Source of the DNA: a virus
Taxonomy: Duplodnaviria > Caudoviricetes
DNA: 30,559 nt
Virus record (IMG/VR): IMGVR_UViG_3300005805_000312
Span: 1-30,559 of that record
Reading direction: 5' to 3' (one strand)
Positions within the stretch are counted from its first letter, which is position 1; each line of letters opens with the position of its first letter. A program made the position numbers and the translations under genes. Shown here piece after piece: positions 1 through 7,963 of the stretch. A model generated the notes under the pieces. It had not been told where the DNA came from and made no database searches. It saw only the letters and a list, made by a program, of their open reading frames with translations.

Positions 1-202
1 CATCTCCATGCTCAACGGCATCGCGGGTGCAACGCCCAAGCAAGAGAAGCCGGAATTCCAGGTCATCCAACACCTCATCGACAAGCTCGACCGACTGGAC
101 CGGACTGAGCAGCCGATGCGCGTGGCCGTGGATGGCGACCGAGTCGTTGTGACCAAGGGCGACAACGAGGTCGTCGCCAACCGAGGAGCCTCCAATGCTT
201 GA
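1..202 (+). CDS. 3' end of a hypothetical phage protein (5'-truncated by the window)
   Basis: Frame is open from the window edge to TGA at 200-202, has phage-like codon bias, and overlaps the holin start. Confidence 0.7.
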   Translation, partial: ISMLNGIAGATPKQEKPEFQVIQHLIDKLDRLDRTEQPMRVAVDGDRVVVTKGDNEVVANRGASNA

Positions 203-692
203 CATACTTGGCGGGGGCATCTTCGGCTCCCTGATCGGTGGCGTCTTCCGCCTGGCACCGGAGGTGCTCAAGTGGCTGGACAAGAAGAACGAGCGCCAGC
301 ATGAGCTGGCCATGTTCCAGCGCCAGTGTGAGCTGGAGGCCCAGCGCGGCCAGCAAAAGCTCGCTGAGATCGGCGCGCAGCGCGAAGCGGCCATCGATGT
401 GGGCGTCATGGACGCCTTCAACGCCGCCATCCAGCAGCAGACCGAGATGGTCAAGGCCGCCGGCGGCTGGGTCGCAAGCCTATCCGCCAGCGTGCGGCCG
501 GTTGTGACCTACTGGATTTTGTTCATCTGGTCCTTTGTCCACGTCTGGTTCGCCTGGAACGCCTGGCTCTTGGGCGCACCTCCCGCCGAGGTGTTCAAGA
601 CCATGATGTCCCCTGACTTCAGCGCGCTGGTTGCGGGCACCTTGAACTACTGGTTCCTGGACCGCACCCTGGCCAAGCGGGGGCTTGCGTGA
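195..692 (+). CDS. Putative holin (GTA-holin/3TM-like)
   Basis: RBS GAGGAG upstream. Hydrophobic N-terminus, coiled-coil middle, SVRPVVTY followed by a TM segment, and a C-terminal YWFLDR. Lies directly upstream of the lysozyme. Confidence 0.7.
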   Translation: MLDILGGGIFGSLIGGVFRLAPEVLKWLDKKNERQHELAMFQRQCELEAQRGQQKLAEIGAQREAAIDVGVMDAFNAAIQQQTEMVKAAGGWVASLSASVRPVVTYWILFIWSFVHVWFAWNAWLLGAPPAEVFKTMMSPDFSALVAGTLNYWFLDRTLAKRGLA

Positions 693-1168
693 GGCTGGAC
701 ATCGCCACCGAGCTGTGCAAGCGCTTCGAGGGCTTGCATAGGGTTGGCGCGGACGGGCTGATCTACCCCTACATCTGCCCGGCCGGCTTTCCAACCCAGG
801 GCTATGGCACCGTTTACCGGCCCGATGGCCGCAAGGTGTCGATGGACGATCCACCCATCACCAAAGAAACGGCCGAGCAGTGGCTCAAGGTCGAGCTGCT
901 GCACACCTACGCGCCTGGCGTGGTGAGACAGTGCCCAGGGCTCTTGGCCCTTGCTCTGTCGTCCAGTGACTGGGGCAAGTTCAACGCCATTGTGGATTTT
1001 GCGTACAACCTCGGGATTGGCCGCTTGCAGACCAGCACCTTGCGTCGCAAGATCAATGCGCAGGACTGGGAAGGGGCCAAGGAGCAGCTTATGCTGTGGA
1101 CGCGTGGTGGCGGGAAGGTTCTCCCTGGTCTTGTGCGTCGTCGTCAAGCAGAATGTCAACTGATGTAG
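689..1168 (+). CDS. Phage lysozyme/endolysin (GH24)
   Basis: FEG...YICPAGFPTQGYG catalytic region (Glu, Cys in place of Asp, Thr), AIVDFAYNLG, and a LPGLVRRRQAE C-terminus. GTG start overlaps the holin stop. Confidence 0.93.
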   Translation: MRLDIATELCKRFEGLHRVGADGLIYPYICPAGFPTQGYGTVYRPDGRKVSMDDPPITKETAEQWLKVELLHTYAPGVVRQCPGLLALALSSSDWGKFNAIVDFAYNLGIGRLQTSTLRRKINAQDWEGAKEQLMLWTRGGGKVLPGLVRRRQAECQLM

Positions 1169-1177
1169 GAGATCACG

Positions 1178-1372
1178 ATGCCCACCAAGAAACCTGCAAC
1201 CAAGTCCAAGGTCAACGCCGCTGGCAACTACACCAAGCCGACCATGCGCAAGGCCCTGTTCAACAAGATCAAGGCCGGCTCCAAGGGCGGTGATCCGGGC
1301 GAGTGGTCCGCGCGCAAAGCTCAGATGCTCGCGCGCGAGTACAAGGCCAAAGGCGGGGGCTACACGTCATGA
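1178..1372 (+). CDS. Small basic protein, N-terminal half of a DUF5872-type protein
   Basis: RBS AGGAGA. YTKPxxR...KGGxPGEWSARKAQMLAxEYKxxGGGY matches my recollection of the DUF5872 N-terminal motif. Confidence 0.75.
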   Translation: MPTKKPATKSKVNAAGNYTKPTMRKALFNKIKAGSKGGDPGEWSARKAQMLAREYKAKGGGYTS

Positions 1373-1599
1373 AGCCCTCACAGATGTCACTGAAAAACTG
1401 GACGGCGCAGGACTGGAAGACGTCCGACGGCAAGCCCAGCAAGGGCAAGAAGCGCTATCTGCCGGCTGCAGCGTGGAATGCGCTCACGCCTGGTGAGAAG
1501 GCTGCTACCAATCGGGCCAAGGCCAAGGGCAACGCCAAGGGCAAGCAGTTCGTGGCCCAGCCCAAGAAGATTGCCAAGAAAACAGCGGGGTATCGATAG
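1369..1599 (+). CDS. Small basic protein (76 aa), C-terminal half of a DUF5872-type protein
   Basis: Start reassigned to ATG 1369, an ATGA overlap with the upstream stop. Motifs SQxSLKNWTxQDWKT, RYLPxAAW and GKQFV. Confidence 0.75.
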   Translation: MKPSQMSLKNWTAQDWKTSDGKPSKGKKRYLPAAAWNALTPGEKAATNRAKAKGNAKGKQFVAQPKKIAKKTAGYR

Positions 1600-1601
1600 C
1601 C

Positions 1602-2039
1602 ATGGCCACAGTGAAAAAAGACGCGATCGCCGACGGCATCAAGCAGGCCTATACCAAGGGCATGAAGGCGTGTCCGACCGCGACCGTGGACATCCACGTC
1701 AACCTGAAGAACCGCAACGAGGCCATCAAAGAGTACGGCTACGGGCCTTTGAACCCTCAGTCTGAGTCGCGTGACTTCTGGCAGAAGAAGGCGGACATGT
1801 GGCAGACCACGGTGCGCGAGGCCAAGAAGTCACGCTGCGGCAATTGCGGCGCGTTCATTCAAACGGCGCAGATGCTCAAGTGCATTGCAGACGGGATCGA
1901 AAACGAGCCCGAAGAGCATGAGAGCTATGCGGAGGCCGTCATCGATGCGGCAAACCTGGGCTACTGTGAGCTGTTTCACTTCAAGTGTGCGGGCGATCGC
2001 ACCTGTGATGCGTGGCTCGTGGGCGGTCCCATTACTTAG
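1602..2039 (+). CDS. Cys-rich hypothetical protein, possible Fe-S/metal binding (HiPIP-like spacing)
   Basis: CGNCxxF...GYCELF-x9-CDAW pattern. Typical codon bias and tight packing between neighbours. Confidence 0.7.
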   Translation: MATVKKDAIADGIKQAYTKGMKACPTATVDIHVNLKNRNEAIKEYGYGPLNPQSESRDFWQKKADMWQTTVREAKKSRCGNCGAFIQTAQMLKCIADGIENEPEEHESYAEAVIDAANLGYCELFHFKCAGDRTCDAWLVGGPIT

Positions 2040-2047
2040 GACGAGAC

Positions 2048-3898
2048 ATGCCGCTGCTACGACTGTTTCTCAAGCCCGGTATCGACAAGCAGAACACCGA
2101 ATACGGTGCTGAGGGCGGCTGGGTGGACTGCGATTACGTGCGGTTTCGCTATGGGCTGCCCGAAAAGATGGGCGGATGGACGCCGTTTGGCAACCTGACC
2201 ACGTACTTTGTCGGCGCGGTCAGCGATATCTTTACCTGGAACTCGCTGGATGGGTCGCCATACGCGGCTGTGGGCACCAACAAGAAGGTTTACGTCTTCT
2301 ACGGAGGCGCGTGGGCCGATATCACGCCAATTCGGGCCACGGGAACCGTCACTTTTGACACCACCAACGGCAGCACCTCGGTGATTGTCAATGCCACGGC
2401 CCACAACGCGCTTCAAGGGGACTTTGTCACCTTCAGCAGCACGAGCGGCAACCCTGGGGGCATCCCAAATGCTGACTTGAACAACGAGTTTGAGATTTTG
2501 GAGGTCCTCAATGCCAACGAATACCGCATCACCTCGCCGACCCAAGCGACCAGTACGGCCACAGCGGCCGGGACGGCCAACGCGTCATACCAAATAAACA
2601 CCGGGACCGACAAGAGCTTTGCGGACTTCGGATGGGGCACTGGCACCTGGGGCTTGAGCACTTGGGGCACGCCGCGTCCGCCTTCTGCAGGACTGCAGTT
2701 GCAGTCTCAGGTCTGGCAGTTCGACAGCTTTGGTGAAAACCTCATCCTGCAGTATGTGGATGGGGGCATCTACGAGTGGGACCCGGACACGGGCATCGGC
2801 ACGCGGGCCACGGCCATCTCAGGCGCGCCCACGAAGAGCAAGTACGCCCTTGTGTCTACTCCCGACCGCCATTTGGTGTGCTTTGGAACGGAATCCACGC
2901 TTGGCGACCCGACGAGCCAGGACCCGATGCTGGTACGTTTTTCCTCGCAGGAGGACGTCAGTGATTTCGTGGCCACGGCCACCAACACAGCGGGCGGCCA
3001 GCGGCTGACAGACGGCAATCGGATCATCACGGCGGTGCGCTCGCGCGGCCAGATACTGATCTGGACGGACACATCGTTGCACGGCATGCAGTTCTTGGGT
3101 CCGCCCTACACCTTTGGCTTCCAGCAGCTCGGTGCCAACTGCGGCATCATCGGCCCGCACGCATCGGCGGATGTCAACGGCGTGGCGTATTGGATGAGCA
3201 GTGACGCGTTCTTCGTCTTTGACGGCACGGTCAAGAAGATTCCCTGCACCGTGCAGGACTACGTGTTCAAGGACCTCAACGTCATCCAGTCGCAAAAGGT
3301 GCACGTTGGCATCAACACGCAGTTCAACGAAGTGACCTGGTGGTACTGCTCGTTCACGAGTGACTACATCGATCGCTTTGTCACCTACAACTATTTGGAG
3401 AACACCTGGCACATCGGAACGATGCCAAGAACCGCTTGGGCGGACATTGGCGCGTTTTCTAAGCCATTGGCCACGAAGTACGAGCCCGAGAGCACCGAGG
3501 CAACGATCAGCACGATCTACGGTCTTACCGCCGGTCGTTCTACGATCTACAACCAAGAGGATGGGTATAACGGCAACGGTTCGCCGATCTCGTCCTACAT
3601 CCGCTCGGGCTACTTTGACATTGGCGACGGGGACCAGATGCTGCTCATGAGCCGCTTCATCCCTGACTTCAAGAACCAGGTCGGCAATCTCACGGTGCGG
3701 CTCTTGCTGCGACCGTTCCCACAGGCCACGGCGACGCCGAGCTCGCTCGATCCGTACGTCATCACGCCGACCACCGAAAAGGTGGATACACGCGCTCGCG
3801 GCCGGCAGATTCAGCTTCGCATCGAGAGCGATGAGATCGACAGCAACTGGCGCTTTGGCACGATGCGCGTGAACATTCAACCGGACGGCCTGCGATGA
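2048..3898 (+). CDS. Tail/head-closure protein (podovirus tail nozzle or P22 gp10-like DNA stabilization protein)
   Basis: Start reassigned to ATG 2048 (AGGA upstream). 616 aa, beta-rich with Trp/Gly repeats (VRFSSQED, YWMS, EVTWWY, YNYLENTW), C-terminal RARGRQIQLRIES...DGLR. Sits before the ejection genes. Confidence 0.7.
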   Translation: MPLLRLFLKPGIDKQNTEYGAEGGWVDCDYVRFRYGLPEKMGGWTPFGNLTTYFVGAVSDIFTWNSLDGSPYAAVGTNKKVYVFYGGAWADITPIRATGTVTFDTTNGSTSVIVNATAHNALQGDFVTFSSTSGNPGGIPNADLNNEFEILEVLNANEYRITSPTQATSTATAAGTANASYQINTGTDKSFADFGWGTGTWGLSTWGTPRPPSAGLQLQSQVWQFDSFGENLILQYVDGGIYEWDPDTGIGTRATAISGAPTKSKYALVSTPDRHLVCFGTESTLGDPTSQDPMLVRFSSQEDVSDFVATATNTAGGQRLTDGNRIITAVRSRGQILIWTDTSLHGMQFLGPPYTFGFQQLGANCGIIGPHASADVNGVAYWMSSDAFFVFDGTVKKIPCTVQDYVFKDLNVIQSQKVHVGINTQFNEVTWWYCSFTSDYIDRFVTYNYLENTWHIGTMPRTAWADIGAFSKPLATKYEPESTEATISTIYGLTAGRSTIYNQEDGYNGNGSPISSYIRSGYFDIGDGDQMLLMSRFIPDFKNQVGNLTVRLLLRPFPQATATPSSLDPYVITPTTEKVDTRARGRQIQLRIESDEIDSNWRFGTMRVNIQPDGLR

Positions 3899-5304
3899 GC
3901 AAGATCACCAACGTCCGTCTGCCCAATGCGGCAACGCAGGGGTACAGCGCCGAGCAATTCAACCAGCTCGTGCGTTCGCTCGAACAGGTGATTTTTCAGC
4001 TCAACAACACGTATTCGCCGGTCGTCACCGAGGACAAGGACTCGGCGTACGCATGGTACGGAGACGGCGGAGGATTTATGGACACAACCGGTTTGCCAGT
4101 TCCCATCTCGATCGGGGGCACCAACACAGACGCATTTGGTCGCCTGCGCGTCAGCGAGCCTTACACGCTCTTTGACAGCCAAAACCGCTACGCGGCGGAC
4201 AACCAATTTGACGTGGCCACCACCGGCACAGGAGCGACGACGTTCCTGTCCAATGAAGCGGCGCTCAAGATGGAGGTCACAGGCGCGGGCGTGGGCTCCG
4301 TGACGCGTCAGACGTATCGCTCGTTCCCTTACCAGCCGGGCAAGGGCCTCTTGGTCCTTGCGACGTTCGTCATGGACAGCAGCACCAGTGCCAACTTGAC
4401 GCAGCAGGTGGGATACTTCAACGACAGCAATGGCGTGTTCTTCAAAAAGAACGGCTCGACCCTGTCGTTTGTCATGCGCACCTCGACGTCGGGCTCGGCT
4501 TCTGACTCGCGGTTCGCGGACCAGGCTGACTGGAACGGGGATAAGCTCAATGGCACAGGAGCCAGCGGGCTGACCTTGGACCTGACCAAGCCGCAGATTC
4601 TGTGGATGGATTTTGAGTGGCTGGGCGTGGGCTCGGTTCGCTGTGGATTCATCATCAACGGGCAGTACATTGTTTGTCACACCTTCAACACTGCCAACGT
4701 CTATGGCAGTTCGGTCTACATGACCACTGCGACGCTGCCTGTGCGCTACGAGATCGTGTCGGCCACTGCAGCGGTTGCGGCCAGCATGAAGTCGATCTGC
4801 TGCTCGGTGGTTTCTGAAGGCGGCTTTGAGCAGACGTCGATTGACCATGTGGCGCGACGCACCACAATCCTTGGAACCATTGGTGGAACCTTTTTGCCCT
4901 TGGTCTCGATTCGACTGGCATCAGGAAGAACGGGTGCCGTTGTCTTGCCCAATCGGGTGCAGGTGCTGCCAACAACCAGCCAAAACTACGAAGTCGCGCT
5001 AGTCAAGAATCCGACTTTGACGGGGGCCTCATGGACTGCCGTCCCCACCGATTCAAATGTGGAGTACGACGTATCAGCCACGGCTACAACCGGTGGCTCC
5101 ATCGTTCAGACCGACTACGTTACGGCATCAGGCTCTTCCGGGGTATCCAACACCTCGCTGCCCAACGCATACAACTTTGATCTGCAACTGGGTGCCACGA
5201 TTGCCGGGGTCAGCGACATCTACACCGTGGCCATTCGCACTGTCTCTGGCGCGACCACGGGCGATGCGGTGGGGTCGCTCTCTTTCTACGATCTGACGCA
5301 GTGA
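3895..5304 (+). CDS. Virion structural protein: short helical N-terminal module plus a ~400-aa beta-rich domain (possible receptor-binding/decoration)
   Basis: ATGA overlap with the upstream gene. Residues 1-56 look helical (FNQLVRSLEQVIFQLN). The Thr/Ser/Gly-rich beta domain begins near DAFGRLRVSEPYTLFDS. Confidence 0.6.
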   Translation: MSKITNVRLPNAATQGYSAEQFNQLVRSLEQVIFQLNNTYSPVVTEDKDSAYAWYGDGGGFMDTTGLPVPISIGGTNTDAFGRLRVSEPYTLFDSQNRYAADNQFDVATTGTGATTFLSNEAALKMEVTGAGVGSVTRQTYRSFPYQPGKGLLVLATFVMDSSTSANLTQQVGYFNDSNGVFFKKNGSTLSFVMRTSTSGSASDSRFADQADWNGDKLNGTGASGLTLDLTKPQILWMDFEWLGVGSVRCGFIINGQYIVCHTFNTANVYGSSVYMTTATLPVRYEIVSATAAVAASMKSICCSVVSEGGFEQTSIDHVARRTTILGTIGGTFLPLVSIRLASGRTGAVVLPNRVQVLPTTSQNYEVALVKNPTLTGASWTAVPTDSNVEYDVSATATTGGSIVQTDYVTASGSSGVSNTSLPNAYNFDLQLGATIAGVSDIYTVAIRTVSGATTGDAVGSLSFYDLTQ

Positions 5305-5311
5305 GGACCAC

Positions 5312-5638
5312 ATGGCCAACAAGTATTTCCGCAAGACGCTGATCCCGTCAGCCGCCACCGAAACAGACATCTACGAGGTGCCTTCGGCCAATTCGGCGGT
5401 CGTCCGTTCGCTGCGTGTCACCAACGCCGGATCGGGTGTGGCGGCCATCACGGTCACCCATACGGGTACCGGAACGACCTACTACCTGCAAAAGGACCGC
5501 TCGCTGACCGTCAACACGACATTTGACGTCTTCAGCGGCATTCCCTGCGTTCTAGAAGCGGGCGACAAACTACGGGTTACCTCCAGTATCGCGTCCGTTC
5601 ACTTTTACCTGTCTTACTTGGAGATGGATCGGACATGA
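5312..5638 (+). CDS. Small beta-rich virion (tail-associated) protein
   Basis: RBS GAGGA. 108 aa with YEVPS...VVRSLRVTN...VLEAGDKLRV, a pattern common in podophage tail clusters. Confidence 0.65.
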   Translation: MANKYFRKTLIPSAATETDIYEVPSANSAVVRSLRVTNAGSGVAAITVTHTGTGTTYYLQKDRSLTVNTTFDVFSGIPCVLEAGDKLRVTSSIASVHFYLSYLEMDRT

Positions 5639-5642
5639 TCAG

Positions 5643-5672
5643 TGGACATCGCCTCCCAACCTATTGGATAAT
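5643..5672 (+). promoter_or_regulatory. Putative sigma70 promoter for the ejection-protein operon
   Basis: TGGACA (5643-5648), 18 bp, GATAAT (5667-5672), in the only >100-bp gap of the late arm. Confidence 0.45.
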
Positions 5673-5684
5673 TCACGCCAATAT

Positions 5685-5742
5685 CGCGTCCTTTCCAGGC
5701 GCGCGGCCCCCAAGCGGGTCATTGGCCATTTAAGGAAAGGAC
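5685..5742 (+). promoter_or_regulatory. Structured 5' leader with an anti-Shine-Dalgarno sequence
   Basis: GTCCTTTCC (5688-5696) is the exact reverse complement of GGAAAGGAC (5734-5742), which covers the RBS. Additional hairpins at 5685-5703 and 5705-5720. Confidence 0.5.
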
Positions 5743-5746
5743 AACC

Positions 5747-7963
5747 ATGGCACAAGAAGGCATCATGGCCCTCCCGATGGGACAGGGCATGCAGGGAAGG
5801 AAAGGGGAGCAAACCCCCAGCGTTACCAGCGCTGATTCCTACGACGCGGCAACCACCGCACAAGGCATGGTTGACCCCCAAAGTCTGGCCGTGGTCAAAG
5901 AATCACTGCGCCAGAACCTGGCTGATCTAGAGCTGACCCCTGGGCAGCTTGACATGCTGATTGAGATGTTTGAGTACATCTCGCAGCGCCCAGATCAGTA
6001 CAAAGAACTGGTGCGATCTCTCGTCGCGCAAGACATCGTGGACGAGGGCGACATGCCCGAGGACTACGATCCCGCCTTCATTGGAGCCATCCTAGCGGCG
6101 CTCAACGAGATCAAGTTGATGCGCGGCGAGACCGCCATGGCCCCCATGATGGAGGGTCCGGGGGCCGAGGCTCAAGGACCAATGCCCATGGCCAAGGGGG
6201 GCCTGGCAGATGCCGCCCAGTATCTGGCCTCCAAGGGTCGCTATGGCGACACCATGCTGGCGCACATCACGCCGGAAGAGGCGGACATGCTGCAGCGCAT
6301 GGGTGGATCGGGGACGATCAACCCGGAAACGGGGCTGCCTGAGTTCTTCCTCAAGAAGATATTCAGCGCGGTCAAGAGCGTCGTCAAGAGCGTCGTCAAC
6401 GTGGTGAAAAAAGCGCTCCAAAGCCCTGTTGGCAAGATTTTGGGCACGATTGCGCTGGCCACGGTCCTCGGGCCGACGGCCATTGGCCTGACACTAGGCT
6501 CGGCCGGCACGGCGGCGCTGGCTTCTGGCGCTGTGACGCTTGCCAGTGGCGGTAGCCTGAAGGAAGCGCTCGTGGCAGGTGCCATGGGCTACATCGGCGG
6601 TGGCGGCACGTTTGGGGGCGTAAGTCCTCTGAAGGCTGTAGGAGAATTCCTACCCGGCGCAGCCGGATCGGCACTCAATACGGGCCTGACCACGGGTGCC
6701 CTGGGCACTGGGGCCGGCCTGCTGATGGGCATGAAGCCTGCGGACGCGCTCAAGATGGGCGCAGTGTCGGGCCTGTCCGCCGCAGCCATTCAAGGGTTGC
6801 AGCAGGCGGGGGTTGGACGCACCGATCAGATGCTGAAAGACGCCCAGTTCCGTACTGAAATGGGCAACCCACAGCCCGGGGATGCCGAGCTAATTGCCAA
6901 GTACGGTGCTCGCGCGGGCACAGGCACAGCGGCAGATCAAGCAGGAGCGCCTTCTCGTGCGGTAGGCGATGTGGGGGCCACGGGCACTACCGGCACTGCC
7001 CAAGACCTTGTGGCTGGCCGAGGCCTGAGCATCGAGCAAGGTAGTGGGATTGGGCTGCGTGCGCCGTTATCGATGCAGCCTGGTTATGGAACTGGGTCCG
7101 GTGATTTCTCCGTTGGTGCTGGTGGCACTGCACCGACTACAAACTACGACCTCCTGCCGCGTGGCTATCAAGACACGTCGGGATTGGGCTTGCGGCCCCC
7201 GATTGTGGGACGGCCGTCCGACTTTTCCGTTGCTGCTGGTGGCACTGCAGCGCGAACCAACTACACCCTGGGATCGGCGCAGCCGGCCGCGCCCACGGGC
7301 TTCGTGGATCGCATGGTGCAAGGTGCCAAGGACATCTACAACGAGTACCTCTCGCCCAGTCGCCCGGGCTTACCTGCCGATGCGGGGATTCTGCGAAAGT
7401 ACGGCCCGTTGGCAGCGGCTGGCACAGCCGTTGTCGCGGCAGCCGGTGGCATGGAGGGCGATCCGGCCAACCCGAGCCCGCTCTACAACCAGCGCTACAC
7501 GAGCGACGACTACATGCGGGACAACCCGGACAAGTTCCGTGGGGGCCTGGACAAGCCCGTTGTTACGCCGCCTTCGGGTTTTGTGCCCACGCCCTCGTAC
7601 GCGACGCGCGAGATCACCAACATCCCGATCAGCTTGCCGGGTGGTGTTACGCAGTCTCCGGCCGGTGTGGCACAGCCCTACAACGTGGCAGGCCTCTACG
7701 GCGTGCCCATCTTGTACGGACCCCCGCCTGGTCGAGCCAAAGGCGGCGAGATGACCATGGCGGATTTCCCCCGCAAGACGGGGCCCATCAACGGCCCGGG
7801 AACCGGCACGTCTGACTCCATCCCTGCGATGCTGTCGGACGGTGAGTTCGTGTTCACGGCCAAAGCCGTCCGTAATGCGGGTAATGGCAGCCGCCGAAAA
7901 GGCGCAGCCCGCATGTACAAGCTCATGAAGATGCTTGAGGGCGGAGCGGTCAAGGGGAAATAA
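5747..7963 (+). CDS. Putative internal virion/DNA ejection protein 1 (membrane-active)
   Basis: Strong RBS. Contains MAKGG plus a GDTMLAHITPEE..NPETGLPEF module, an amphipathic Lys-rich helix, Gly/Ala hydrophobic segments, and a C-terminal GPGTGTSDSIPAMLSDGEFV module of the kind seen in tape-measure proteins. Confidence 0.65.
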   Translation: MAQEGIMALPMGQGMQGRKGEQTPSVTSADSYDAATTAQGMVDPQSLAVVKESLRQNLADLELTPGQLDMLIEMFEYISQRPDQYKELVRSLVAQDIVDEGDMPEDYDPAFIGAILAALNEIKLMRGETAMAPMMEGPGAEAQGPMPMAKGGLADAAQYLASKGRYGDTMLAHITPEEADMLQRMGGSGTINPETGLPEFFLKKIFSAVKSVVKSVVNVVKKALQSPVGKILGTIALATVLGPTAIGLTLGSAGTAALASGAVTLASGGSLKEALVAGAMGYIGGGGTFGGVSPLKAVGEFLPGAAGSALNTGLTTGALGTGAGLLMGMKPADALKMGAVSGLSAAAIQGLQQAGVGRTDQMLKDAQFRTEMGNPQPGDAELIAKYGARAGTGTAADQAGAPSRAVGDVGATGTTGTAQDLVAGRGLSIEQGSGIGLRAPLSMQPGYGTGSGDFSVGAGGTAPTTNYDLLPRGYQDTSGLGLRPPIVGRPSDFSVAAGGTAARTNYTLGSAQPAAPTGFVDRMVQGAKDIYNEYLSPSRPGLPADAGILRKYGPLAAAGTAVVAAAGGMEGDPANPSPLYNQRYTSDDYMRDNPDKFRGGLDKPVVTPPSGFVPTPSYATREITNIPISLPGGVTQSPAGVAQPYNVAGLYGVPILYGPPPGRAKGGEMTMADFPRKTGPINGPGTGTSDSIPAMLSDGEFVFTAKAVRNAGNGSRRKGAARMYKLMKMLEGGAVKGK
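7103..7264 (+). repeat. Intragenic 45-bp imperfect direct repeat (117-bp period)
   Basis: 7103-7147 vs 7220-7264, 37/45 identical by my count. They encode DFSVGAGGTAPTTNY and DFSVAAGGTAARTNY. Confidence 0.85.

Noticed and set aside
689-1168. Cys replacing the catalytic-region Asp in the lysozyme as a sign of inactivation
   Set aside because: Cys at this position is a common variant in active GH24 phage lysozymes.
195-1372. Embedded spanin (Rz/Rz1) genes near the lysis cassette
   Set aside because: No ORF with a lipobox or an N-terminal TM plus coiled coil was found in the alternative frames. Spanins may lie outside the window.
5664-5930. 88-aa ORF across the leader, considered as a leader peptide
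   Set aside because: No RBS, it starts inside the predicted promoter, and it overlaps the real gene out of frame.
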